DNA of 64,000 nucleotides from positions 3,757 through 67,756 of the forward strand of contig JAHFNC010000004.1 in assembly GCA_023267535.1 (NCBI GenBank). The letters run 5' to 3'. Origin of the DNA: a bacterium. Lineage in GTDB: Bacteria > Patescibacteriota > Minisyncoccia > Phycocordibacterales > UBA5272. Positions 9,745 through 17,765 of this stretch are shown piece after piece. A program made the position numbers and the translations under genes. A model generated the notes under the pieces. It saw nothing but the letters and a program-made list of their open reading frames with translations. It did not search any database and was not told the DNA's origin. How positions within the stretch are numbered: the stretch's first letter is position 1; each line of letters opens with the position of its first letter.

Positions 9745-10714
9745 AGGTTATCCCAAGTGCCTCCAAGAAGTGCTTTCTAAACTCTTCCACAGAAGGAAAT
9801 GGAAGCAGAAAAACATGTATATCAAAAGTTTCAAGATTTGTATGTTTTGAAATATGTTTGACAACATTTTTTGACCAACCTTCTATTTCTTTGTTAATCT
9901 TTTCTTTTATTTGTTCAGTGGTTTCTGTGTTTGCAACGCTTGGGTATTTATCATAATCAAATCCAATGAGGCACACACCTTTATACCTTACCTGATTATG
10001 GAGAGGGTCGTCTTTGTCCAAATATTTTAATAGAGCAACTTCCAATCTCTCATCTATTACACTCAAGTTGTCCCTCATTAATTGTAAGTCTCTTTCTGCT
10101 GGAGCAGATATTCCTCCATCTGATAAAAGAAACTCTTTAAGACTTATGAAACATTTAGAGATGCCATCGTTTAAATCTTTGTACAGTTTTGATTCACCCC
10201 AATATAAAGATAGAATATCCCTTCCTTCTTCATTTAACTCCACAGAAACATGAATACCATCAGCTCCGTTCACATGGAGTTCTGGGTTTGTTTTTAATGG
10301 CATCTTACATAGTAGTTGGGGAATTTTTAGATACTCCTGAATAAGAATATAGAGAAGCATTTCACCACCTTCACCTGTCTTCTTTAGTGAAGTAAAAAGA
10401 CTTTTTGCTTTTTCAATAAGCTCGTAAGTTTTTGTGGTTGTGTTATGTTTTGTATCATATTCTTTTGCCACCTCATATTCTTTTCTTGGAATTGCATAAT
10501 CAGCTACATGCTTTGCCACAAAACGTGCAAAGTCCTTAGTGCGAGGTCTACCATTTCCGTCTAAAGTTAAAAAGTAACAATGTGAGGTTGCTTTAGTATC
10601 TTTTAAATTAACATTTGATATAACTTCAGTTATATAAGTATTTATTTCTTGTTTGCTTGTTCTCAGAAGATCAGCAATAAGTTCTGCAATATTATCTTGG
10701 TTAGCAGTAGTCAT
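9731..10714 (-). CDS. hamA: DUF1837 / HamA-like PD-(D/E)xK nuclease, Hachiman-type defence
   Basis: 327 aa. 'GEGGEMLLYIL' and 'NGADGIHV...(21 aa)...YWGESKLY' (D152...E174-x-K176), as I recall for DUF1837. Coupled to the helicase gene. Confidence 0.72.
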   Translation of the reverse strand: MTTANQDNIAELIADLLRTSKQEINTYITEVISNVNLKDTKATSHCYFLTLDGNGRPRTKDFARFVAKHVADYAIPRKEYEVAKEYDTKHNTTTKTYELIEKAKSLFTSLKKTGEGGEMLLYILIQEYLKIPQLLCKMPLKTNPELHVNGADGIHVSVELNEEGRDILSLYWGESKLYKDLNDGISKCFISLKEFLLSDGGISAPAERDLQLMRDNLSVIDERLEVALLKYLDKDDPLHNQVRYKGVCLIGFDYDKYPSVANTETTEQIKEKINKEIEGWSKNVVKHISKHTNLETFDIHVFLLPFPSVEEFRKHFLEALGITYDPS

Positions 10715-10720
10715 ATTTTA

Positions 10721-11200
10721 TTAATTTAAGAATCTACTTATTGGTTCGTTGAGCAGCGATTCAGCAATTTCTATCAGAATATTATCTCTAAAGCTTTGAA
10801 AATCTTTAGCTCCATGGAAGGTGTTGCATCGTATTTGATATATACACTTCATAATATTCGTTACATCCTTTATATCAATAAGTAAAATACCCTCTAAGTT
10901 ATTTTTTGTGGGTCTCATATCCCTAATAGGTGTCTCCTTTTTTAAATCTTCTAATCTTTCTAAATATTTGGGAGAAGACCAGGTTTCTATAAAAATATTT
11001 TTTAGAATATTATCATTATTATAAAACCAGTTTAATTTATGACTGTCTGTGATATTTGCTGCATTACTTCGGAAAGACTCGTCTGTAATGTACGCGTCAA
11101 AAATCATCCAATAAATAATGAATCGAATCCATGCATCAGCTGTATTTTCATCGGCTTTCCTTTTCCATGTTCTAAGTCTTTCTATAAATTCAGGGTCCAT
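10721..11200 (-). CDS. HEPN-like small protein (putative RNase), first gene of the Hachiman-like operon
   Basis: 159 aa. 'IRCNTFHG' fits the HEPN Rx4-6H motif (R124..H129). N-terminal 'AWIRFIIYWMIFDAY' helix. Its stop codon lies 6 nt upstream of the hamA-like start. Confidence 0.5.
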   Translation of the reverse strand: MDPEFIERLRTWKRKADENTADAWIRFIIYWMIFDAYITDESFRSNAANITDSHKLNWFYNNDNILKNIFIETWSSPKYLERLEDLKKETPIRDMRPTKNNLEGILLIDIKDVTNIMKCIYQIRCNTFHGAKDFQSFRDNILIEIAESLLNEPISRFLN

Positions 11201-11263
11201 ATACTCATTTTAGCATAAAACAATAAATCTTTCATTTACGCAAGAGTGATGACTTAAAAATCT

Positions 11264-11289
11264 AAAAAGCACCCGAAAGGGTGCTTTTT
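11264..11289 (-). terminator. Rho-independent terminator (bidirectional shape) ending the tRNA-Gln transcript
   Basis: A5-GCACCC-gaaa-GGGTGC-T5. Confidence 0.7.
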
Positions 11290-11382
11290 AGATTTGGCTG
11301 GCTACACTCAGTAGCTATGCAGTAACTGTATAGAGCTCTCATACGTTTCGACGCTCTCCGAGCGCCAGAACTGCGCTCGCAT
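11290..11382 (-). other. GC-rich structured spacer between tRNA-Gln and its terminator (possible small RNA)
   Basis: Minus-strand hairpins CGAGCGC-agttctg-GCGCTCG and GCTAC-tgagt-GTAGC, plus an AGAGCTCT palindrome. Visibly more GC-rich than its surroundings. Not a cloverleaf. Confidence 0.3.
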
Positions 11383-11456
11383 TGGCTGGGGTACATGGAC
11401 TCGAACCACGATACTCAGGACCAAAACCTGATGTCCTACCATTAGACGATACCCCA
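11383..11456 (-). tRNA. tRNA-Gln (anticodon UUG), CCA encoded
   Basis: 74-nt cloverleaf folded by hand. Acceptor TGGGGTA/TACCCCA (U1-A72), D arm GTCT/GGAC, anticodon stem TCAGG/CCTGA with loop TTTTGGT, T arm CGTGG-TTCGAGT-CCATG, discriminator G73, CCA. Confidence 0.93.
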
Positions 11457-11610
11457 AAATTATTTAATTAAATAAGGAATAATATATCATATTTTCACAA
11501 TTTATTCTACTCCTTGTGACTAAATAATATATAAAATTGACGAATATCATTTTATATTGTAGTTTTAAATTATTATCGCACTCAAACATCACAGTAAAGG
11601 GAACCATAAA

Positions 11611-11841
11611 ATGTCTAAAGTGATACCGATAGAAGTTAGCGATGAAGTGTATGCATCGATACAAAAACTCACTAGCAGTGACCCCGAGGGTATGAGATTG
11701 TTGTTTATCCGCGCTTTAGCTCGCGACGAACTCATTCAAAGGATTCTACCAAAACAGTTCTTTTATTTTTACGACAACGACTATCATCCTGTGGATTTTT
11801 CTTTTAATGCTGATAAATATAGAAAAGTCCCCAAGAGATAA
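11611..11841 (+). CDS. hypothetical protein (76 aa)
   Basis: ORF followed by its own terminator. No motif recognised. Confidence 0.45.
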   Translation: MSKVIPIEVSDEVYASIQKLTSSDPEGMRLLFIRALARDELIQRILPKQFFYFYDNDYHPVDFSFNADKYRKVPKR

Positions 11842-11847
11842 CAAAAT

Positions 11848-11882
11848 AAATCCACCCTAATTATTCAATGGGTGGATTTTTT
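11848..11882 (+). terminator. Rho-independent terminator
   Basis: ATCCACCC-12 nt loop-GGGTGGAT followed by a T-run. Confidence 0.7.
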
Positions 11883-12011
11883 ATTTCAAACATTTTTTAA
11901 GAAAATATCAATATTTACACTTATTAAAAATAAATATAAAATGGCAATCAGTTTGTGTTAACGGGGGATGTTCTTTTATTTTTTTTGAATCAGGAGTGGA
12001 GGGAGATAATA

Positions 12012-13034
12012 ATGAACAAGCAAGCTGTGCTCTCTATTGTTCCAAATATTCCAAACGCTGAAGACGAAGATCCTGGCGTCGCCCTATTAATATCGGCCGA
12101 CCAGCTTCTTTTTGATCCAAATCAACCAAGAAAGAGATACACGAAAAAAGGTCTTGAGAAATTGGCTAAAAGCATTCAAGACCAAGGTTTGCAACAGCCG
12201 GTGGTCGTTACCTTTGCTTATCGTAAGAAAGGCATAGATTACTATTACATCAAGTTCGGCGAAAGGCGTTATCGCGCTCATATTTTGCTTGGCTACAAAA
12301 ACGTTCCTTGTCTTGTGAAGAAGGGGACCTACGACGGCAAGCTTGATGTGGAACGAGTGCTTGCGCAGACTTCGGAAAATAATTTGCGCGAACCACATTC
12401 GCACAGCGAGATGATTAACGTCCTTCGTTTGGTCGTTGAAGACGAACGAGAAAAGTCTGATGGCGTGATTGGCTACATCGGCAAAGCTCAAGAAAGATTT
12501 GCCACAGCTCTTGGCTATACCGCTGAGGCCACCAGAAGGTATCACGTTTTGGCTAATCTTCATTCGGAGTTAGTTGAGATGTTGGATATTGAAGACGAAG
12601 AAGAAGGGGACGAACGAGAAAAGCTTAACTTCAGCGTTGCTCTTTCTTTGGCTAGAGCACCAAAAGATGCTCAGCTTGGGATTCTTGAAAGGTCAAAGCC
12701 TCACTTTGAAAAGTCTCACAATCACGGCATTGCTTTTGTTTCTGAACAAGCAAGGTCTGTTCGCGAGAGTCGTGGTGAAAAGATAGTCGGCAGGAAGCCG
12801 AGCGAATCAATTGACCTTGTCAGGAAATTTCTAACCTTCACCAACAATCGCCACGATTTGGTCTTTGGGCAAATGAAGCCAGCTGAGATAAAAGCCATTT
12901 TGGCTTCGGCGAGCGTGACCACCGTTGATGTTTTGCTTAACGCAGTCATTATGGCCGCAACAAACCTGAAATCACTTCAGGCACTGATTCAAGAAAGGAG
13001 AGATTACAATTATAGAGAATTCAGAAAGAAATAA
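12012..13034 (+). CDS. ParB/Srx N-terminal-domain protein (ParB-like nuclease domain), orphan
   Basis: 'LLFDPNQPRK', 'IQDQGLQQPVVV' and 'KFGERRYRAH' (GERRxRA arginine patch). RBS GGAGGGAG lies upstream of ATG 12012, so the track start at 11955 is probably too early. No parA nearby. Confidence 0.75.
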   Translation: MNKQAVLSIVPNIPNAEDEDPGVALLISADQLLFDPNQPRKRYTKKGLEKLAKSIQDQGLQQPVVVTFAYRKKGIDYYYIKFGERRYRAHILLGYKNVPCLVKKGTYDGKLDVERVLAQTSENNLREPHSHSEMINVLRLVVEDEREKSDGVIGYIGKAQERFATALGYTAEATRRYHVLANLHSELVEMLDIEDEEEGDEREKLNFSVALSLARAPKDAQLGILERSKPHFEKSHNHGIAFVSEQARSVRESRGEKIVGRKPSESIDLVRKFLTFTNNRHDLVFGQMKPAEIKAILASASVTTVDVLLNAVIMAATNLKSLQALIQERRDYNYREFRKK

Positions 13035-13039
13035 TTTGT

Positions 13040-13073
13040 AAAAAGCAATCGTGAACACACCGATTGCTTTTTT
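13040..13073 (+). terminator. Rho-independent terminator
   Basis: GCAATCG-9 nt-CGATTGC followed by T6. Confidence 0.7.
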
Positions 13074-13276
13074 GTTTGTAATTTTGTTTTCAAATCTATA
13101 AGTAAAATTATTTGCAACACTAAAATATAAAAAGTCAAAATATTTTGTTTGGAAAACGAAGCTTATATTTCCTTGATTTTGGGTATCAACAATTAACACA
13201 CTTTTTTCACTTGCTCCATACTTGTATCGTGGTTTATACTTTAGTCATTATTATTTTTTAAATCTAAATTATTTTT

Positions 13277-13498
13277 ATGGAGACTCCAACTTTTCAACAC
13301 AACAAAGAAAGACCAGACGGTGATAACGAAAATTTTGAATTACATCTGTCCAAAGATCTTCCTGAATCGTTGAAGGAGTTGAAAAGAATTTCAGATAGAG
13401 TTCTCGAAGGATTATCGTGCAAGGATGCACAAGGAGCTGTCAGACTTTCATCACTAGCAGTATTCAGAAGCCAAATGGGGCTTGGAGAAAAGAGTTAA
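13277..13498 (+). CDS. hypothetical protein (73 aa)
   Basis: ORF only. Confidence 0.35.
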   Translation: METPTFQHNKERPDGDNENFELHLSKDLPESLKELKRISDRVLEGLSCKDAQGAVRLSSLAVFRSQMGLGEKS

Positions 13499-13571
13499 TA
13501 AGTGAATTGACATTTAACATTTTTTATGAGATAGTGACATCATAAATCCCTTTATTTTTAAGGGCAAAAAG

Positions 13572-13874
13572 ATGGCATTAATCAACGAAATCAAAGAAAT
13601 ATTAGACAAATCAGACCTTACTTTTGACGAAGCAAGGGCTTTTGAGACCGGACTTTCTATGCTTACAGACAAAGAGCAAAAAGAATTTGCTAAATATATT
13701 TCTAAAGATAAGGAATTAATCTATCCTCTCTATATAAATTTCAAAGCTAAACTTCATGCAGTGAACGGAACAAAGGAAGAATGGGAAGACGCTGTCAAAA
13801 CAGAAATTCATCAACTTGAAGAATATCTAACAAAAAAAAGAGTGGGCGACGAAGTGTCAAAGTCAAATCAATAA
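13572..13874 (+). CDS. hypothetical acidic helical protein (100 aa)
   Basis: ORF only. Confidence 0.45.
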   Translation: MALINEIKEILDKSDLTFDEARAFETGLSMLTDKEQKEFAKYISKDKELIYPLYINFKAKLHAVNGTKEEWEDAVKTEIHQLEEYLTKKRVGDEVSKSNQ

Positions 13875-13930
13875 TTAATTTTGGCTTCTCCTCTAGAACA
13901 ACAGTCATTTAATATTGTATACTATTGTAA

Positions 13931-14470
13931 ATGAGGAATTTTACAAAAGCTGTAAAACAAATTTTCAATACTACAGACAGGTTTACTGTTTTTATTTTAT
14001 CTTTCTTTGTGGTGATGCTAGGGTATTTGTTTCTAGAAAACGGGAAAGATGCGCTGTCGGTATTTTCTTTTGAGTCATTTTCTTTTTTAACGAAGATAAA
14101 ACTATTTTCTTCAACTTTATTTGACCTTAATTCCTTCTTTCAACCAGCGATGTATGTCTTGGTGTCACTTTCATCACTGTTTACCGCTTTTGTGGCTTCA
14201 TTTTTATACATTTATTTCAAAACAAGAGGACAAGTCCTCATTAAAAGGAAAGTTTATAGCGGATTCGGACTATTCTTCGCAGTTATTGGTGTTGGGTGTG
14301 CCGCTTGTGGAGCAGTTTTTCTACAAGTAATATTAAGTGTCTTTGGATTCGGTGGAATATTAAAGTATTTCCCATATGACGGCGTGGAGGTTGGGTATTT
14401 GGGATTACTAATTTTAATAATTAACGCTTTTTCTTTGGCAAAAAAAGTAAACGAACCTTTGGTTTGTTAA
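13931..14470 (+). CDS. polytopic membrane protein with intramembrane CxxC
   Basis: 179 aa with several hydrophobic helices and 'GVGCAACGAVF'. First gene of a tightly spaced three-gene set. Confidence 0.55.
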   Translation: MRNFTKAVKQIFNTTDRFTVFILSFFVVMLGYLFLENGKDALSVFSFESFSFLTKIKLFSSTLFDLNSFFQPAMYVLVSLSSLFTAFVASFLYIYFKTRGQVLIKRKVYSGFGLFFAVIGVGCAACGAVFLQVILSVFGFGGILKYFPYDGVEVGYLGLLILIINAFSLAKKVNEPLVC

Positions 14471-14474
14471 ATTT

Positions 14475-15056
14475 ATGAAAATAAAAGGAGAAATATCATT
14501 GAAAGGAATTATACAAGGAACAGCTATTGGTCTTACTTTGGTCTTGGCCGTGCTCTACGCAGCTCAAGACGAAGGATTGGTAAATTTTAACTTACCAGAG
14601 AAAACAGCAAACACGATTGGCACTTATTATAAAGTTACCAGAGTGATTGATGGTGACACCATTGAAGTAAAAATGAACAGTGGTTTAGAAAAAGTGAGAT
14701 TGATTGGAATAAACACGCCGGAAATTGTTGACCCACGCAAACCAGTGGAATGTTTTGCAAAGGAAGCTAGTAACAGAATGCATTCTTTGGCTAGCGGACA
14801 AAATGTGAAGCTTGAATTTGATGATTCGCAAAGTTATCGTGATATTTACAATCGACTTTTGGCTTATGTTTATTTGCAAGATGGGGAAATGTTGAATAGA
14901 AAAATGATTGCCGAAGGTTATGCTTATGAATATACCTATATGGCTCCTTACAAATATCAAAAAGAATTTCGCGACCTGCAAACTTTTGTACAAGGAAGCG
15001 AGAGGGGACTTTGGGCCAAAGATACTTGTAACGGCAGTAAAGAGTTTCCAAAATAA
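14475..15056 (+). CDS. membrane-anchored thermonuclease (staphylococcal nuclease, SNase family)
   Basis: N-terminal TM helix, then 'VIDGDTIEV', 'VRLIGINTPE', 'YNRLLAYVYL' and 'AEGYAYEY'. Confidence 0.9.
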   Translation: MKIKGEISLKGIIQGTAIGLTLVLAVLYAAQDEGLVNFNLPEKTANTIGTYYKVTRVIDGDTIEVKMNSGLEKVRLIGINTPEIVDPRKPVECFAKEASNRMHSLASGQNVKLEFDDSQSYRDIYNRLLAYVYLQDGEMLNRKMIAEGYAYEYTYMAPYKYQKEFRDLQTFVQGSERGLWAKDTCNGSKEFPK

Positions 15057-15058
15057 TT

Positions 15059-15763
15059 ATGGACACAATACAAGATTTACTTAAGAAAATATTAGTCGCT
15101 ATTCCAATCTTGTTTTTATTTGGACTTATATATTTCGTAGCGAAAGAATTAATTTTATTAATCCCTTCTTCGCCTTCTGATTCGGCGACAACTACACAGC
15201 GTTCTTTGGGCTGGTATTTTTTCGGAGATTATTTACCATCACCAAACAACAAAGGACTTCTTGGAAAAGCCAAGACTCCAAGTGCTACAGATAATGTCTT
15301 CGTAGCAAGTAATATTTACGATAGCGGAGGAGGTGATAATAACACTACTTATGTCAGTTATGATGCTAATGGCAAAGCGATTTATACCAAAGGAATACAA
15401 GCTCGTCCGAACCCGGGAGCGAATAAAACTTTCCAAAAAGAATTATATCTTAGAAATTTATCAATTTATACAGGAGGACATATTTATACTGGGCTTTCTT
15501 TTACTGGCGAAGCAAAGAACACAATGTTTGATAACACAGGGAAATTTCAGATGCTTGTGACCGATATGTACGGAAGAGTTATTACCATGGCTTATGCGCA
15601 AGCGAGCACGGCATGGTCAATTCCAGGGTGGACTAGATTTAATATAGTGATAACCTCAGCTCTTCCAAACAAAGTGCAATGTCAGCTAGTTTTTCTCGCT
15701 GCACAAGGTTCTAGAGATGGAGCAGACGGAGTTCATATAGAAATACCAGAATTTTGTAATTAA
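15059..15763 (+). CDS. membrane-anchored exported protein with C-terminal Gmad2-like Ig domain
   Basis: N-terminal TM helix. The C-terminal 'FTGEAKNTMFDNTGKFQMLVTDMYGRVI...WTRFNIVI...VHIEIPE' resembles the Gmad2 Ig-like domain pattern. Confidence 0.5.
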   Translation: MDTIQDLLKKILVAIPILFLFGLIYFVAKELILLIPSSPSDSATTTQRSLGWYFFGDYLPSPNNKGLLGKAKTPSATDNVFVASNIYDSGGGDNNTTYVSYDANGKAIYTKGIQARPNPGANKTFQKELYLRNLSIYTGGHIYTGLSFTGEAKNTMFDNTGKFQMLVTDMYGRVITMAYAQASTAWSIPGWTRFNIVITSALPNKVQCQLVFLAAQGSRDGADGVHIEIPEFCN

Positions 15764-15787
15764 ATAAATAATCAAGATTAAGAAAAG

Positions 15788-15812
15788 AAAAAGCACCTAT
15801 TCGGTGCTTTTT
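15788..15812. terminator. bidirectional Rho-independent terminator
   Basis: A-run-GCACC-tattc-GGTGC-T5 between convergent genes. It overlaps the stop codon of the minus-strand gene. Confidence 0.65.
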
Positions 15813-16201
15813 GAAAGCTGTTCAATCAGTCTTTCGTCGTCTTCTGGATGAAGGGCAGCGTGAGCAAATTCTGGATTGGTTTTGATTTGATTATTCCAGT
15901 CATCAATCAATTCTTGAGTGTGTCCAGCTTTCGCTTCTCTTTCCGCCTCTTTTTTTCTTTTGTTTGCTTCTCCTGCAATGTGAGAAATGTAACTTCTCAC
16001 ACCCGAAGGCATAGAGTAGTAACCGTCTTTAAAACCAATGGCGTTTGCTACATTGTTTTTCTTTTGGTTGAAACTACCGGCAAAAGTATCATAGGCTTCA
16101 AAGAACTGTTTCCCTACGGCAACATCTTTATCTGTCCAAGGCATCTCTTTCTCCAATAATTTGTCAGAAGGGGTTTTATTTGGAAAAGATTCTATGCTCA
16201 T
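15797..16201 (-). CDS. hypothetical protein (134 aa)
   Basis: ORF only. Confidence 0.5.
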   Translation of the reverse strand: MSIESFPNKTPSDKLLEKEMPWTDKDVAVGKQFFEAYDTFAGSFNQKKNNVANAIGFKDGYYSMPSGVRSYISHIAGEANKRKKEAEREAKAGHTQELIDDWNNQIKTNPEFAHAALHPEDDERLIEQLSKSTE

Positions 16202-16216
16202 AATACAATATTTTGT

Positions 16217-16663
16217 CTAAATGACAAGTCTGTCGATAACTGATTTTACTAGAGCACCGTCAGCATTACTTCCAAGCTCTCTCATCATTGTTCCAACAAA
16301 TTGTCCTTTCTTGGTTGCGTCGATTGGTGATTCGGCTAATTTTGCTTTAACTTTCTCTTCAATTTCCGCTTCAGACATTTGTGCTGGAAGCAAAGCTTCG
16401 ATTATGACAAGTTCTGCTTGTTCACTTTCTGCTAAGTCAGGACGACCACCGGAAGTAAATTGTTCGATAGAATCTTTACGTTGCTTAGCTAATCTTTTTA
16501 TCACTTTCATACAATCATCATCAGAAAGTGGCTCCTGTGGAGGTCTGCCTTGAGCAACTAATTCATTTGTAAATGCAGCCGAGATTCCGCGCAAAACTTG
16601 TAATTTATCCATTTCTTTTGCCATCATGGCTGCTTTAATTTGAGCTTTTATATTTTCTTGCAT
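16217..16663 (-). CDS. yqeY: GatB/YqeY domain protein
   Basis: 148 aa. 'IKAQIKAAMMAKEMDKLQVLRGISAAF' and the overall YqeY pattern. Confidence 0.85.
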   Translation of the reverse strand: MQENIKAQIKAAMMAKEMDKLQVLRGISAAFTNELVAQGRPPQEPLSDDDCMKVIKRLAKQRKDSIEQFTSGGRPDLAESEQAELVIIEALLPAQMSEAEIEEKVKAKLAESPIDATKKGQFVGTMMRELGSNADGALVKSVIDRLVI

Positions 16664-16712
16664 AGTTTTAAAAGTATATCATAAGTTGAAATTCGCGTGA
16701 TATACTTTCCCT

Positions 16713-17765
16713 ATGTTAATGACTTTTTTAATTATTTTGGGAATTATTATCTGTGCGCTTTTGGGAATGATTCTAATGCGTCAGAACGATGCTAAAGACG
16801 TAAAAGAAGATGACCAAACATTTTTAATTCTCCAAGATCAGTTAGAAAAATTACGAAATGCTGTAGAAAACAAATTAGAGCGTTCACAATCAGAGCTGCA
16901 TCAAGTTCTTCATCGTCAGGATTCAGAATCAAAACGTCTCATCACCGAAATCACCAAAGAATTAACCGAAGTGAAAGAAGGGAACAAGCAAGTTTTTTCA
17001 ATGACTGAGCAATTACAAAATCTTGAGAAAATTTTAACCCATCAAAAGCAACGTGGGAATTTAGGCGAAGCATCACTTGAACTTATTCTTTCAAATATGA
17101 TGTCTCCTGGGCAATACGAAATGCAATACAGATTTAAGACCGGTGAAGTTGTAGACGCTGTCATTCATACTAAAGACGGCATCATACCAGTGGATGCTAA
17201 GTATTCACTTGATAATTATCAGAGATTAATGAACGCTACCGACGAAGAAGAGACTGCTTATTATCAAAATGAATTCAAAAAAGATATTCAAAAGCGAATT
17301 GACGAGACTTCAAAATACATAAAGCCAGATGAAGGCACACTACCTTTTGCTTTTATGTTTATTCCAGCTGAGGGAATCTATTATGACCTACTTGTGAATC
17401 AAGTTTCCAAAGGTGCAATCAACACGCAAAATTTAATTGAGTATGCTTATAATAAAAGAAAAGTGATTATTGTTTCGCCGACAACTTTCTACGCATATTT
17501 GCAATCAGTGCTTTTTGGGTTCAAAGCTTTTCAGATTGAAGAGAGCGCCAAAGGTATACAAAAGAAAGTGGAGGACCTAGGAAAGCATTTAGCTGTTTAC
17601 GAAGATTACATGAAGAAGTTAGGTAATACATTAGGAACGACAGTTAATCATTACAATACCGCATACAAAGAATTAAAAAAAGTTGATAAAGATGTACTAA
17701 AAATAACTGGCGAAGAAATCGGATTGGAAGTTTTAACATTGGATAAACCAGACATTGAAGAATAG
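16713..17765 (+). CDS. rmuC: DNA recombination protein RmuC
   Basis: N-terminal TM helix plus coiled coil. C-terminal 'VDAVIHTKDGIIPVDAKYSLDNY...FMFIPAEGIY'. Confidence 0.9.
   Translation: MLMTFLIILGIIICALLGMILMRQNDAKDVKEDDQTFLILQDQLEKLRNAVENKLERSQSELHQVLHRQDSESKRLITEITKELTEVKEGNKQVFSMTEQLQNLEKILTHQKQRGNLGEASLELILSNMMSPGQYEMQYRFKTGEVVDAVIHTKDGIIPVDAKYSLDNYQRLMNATDEEETAYYQNEFKKDIQKRIDETSKYIKPDEGTLPFAFMFIPAEGIYYDLLVNQVSKGAINTQNLIEYAYNKRKVIIVSPTTFYAYLQSVLFGFKAFQIEESAKGIQKKVEDLGKHLAVYEDYMKKLGNTLGTTVNHYNTAYKELKKVDKDVLKITGEEIGLEVLTLDKPDIEE

Noticed and set aside
11308-11382. 24-codon ORF (MRAQFWRSESVETYESSIQLLHSY*) starting right after the tRNA-Gln CCA on the minus strand.
   Set aside because: It has no RBS, its start abuts a tRNA 3' end, and its GC-rich codon choice is unlike the rest of the genome. 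The hairpins suggest RNA structure rather than coding.
11295-11391. TGGCTGG repeated at 11295 and 11383, considered as a possible att duplication of the tRNA 3' end.
   Set aside because: Only 7 nt are shared, which is too short to support an integration-site duplication.
11955-12011. Upstream non-ATG (GTG or TTG) starts given in the ORF track for the ParB-like gene, and similarly 18168 for rplU, 20329 for lexA, 22053 for ychF, 24087, and 28127 for infA.
   Set aside because: Internal ATGs with better RBS placement reproduce the conserved N-termini of the protein families (for example MSFAVIQTGGKQY for L21).
12087-12563. 158-aa minus-strand ORF inside the ParB-like gene. Similar long antisense ORFs occur at 2041-2319, 16221-16553, 22688-23062, 30254-30568, 36394-36768, 39973-40305 and 56809-57135.
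   Set aside because: Each lies fully antisense to a gene with clear family motifs and has low-complexity or stop-poor composition with no motifs of its own. These are typical shadow ORFs.
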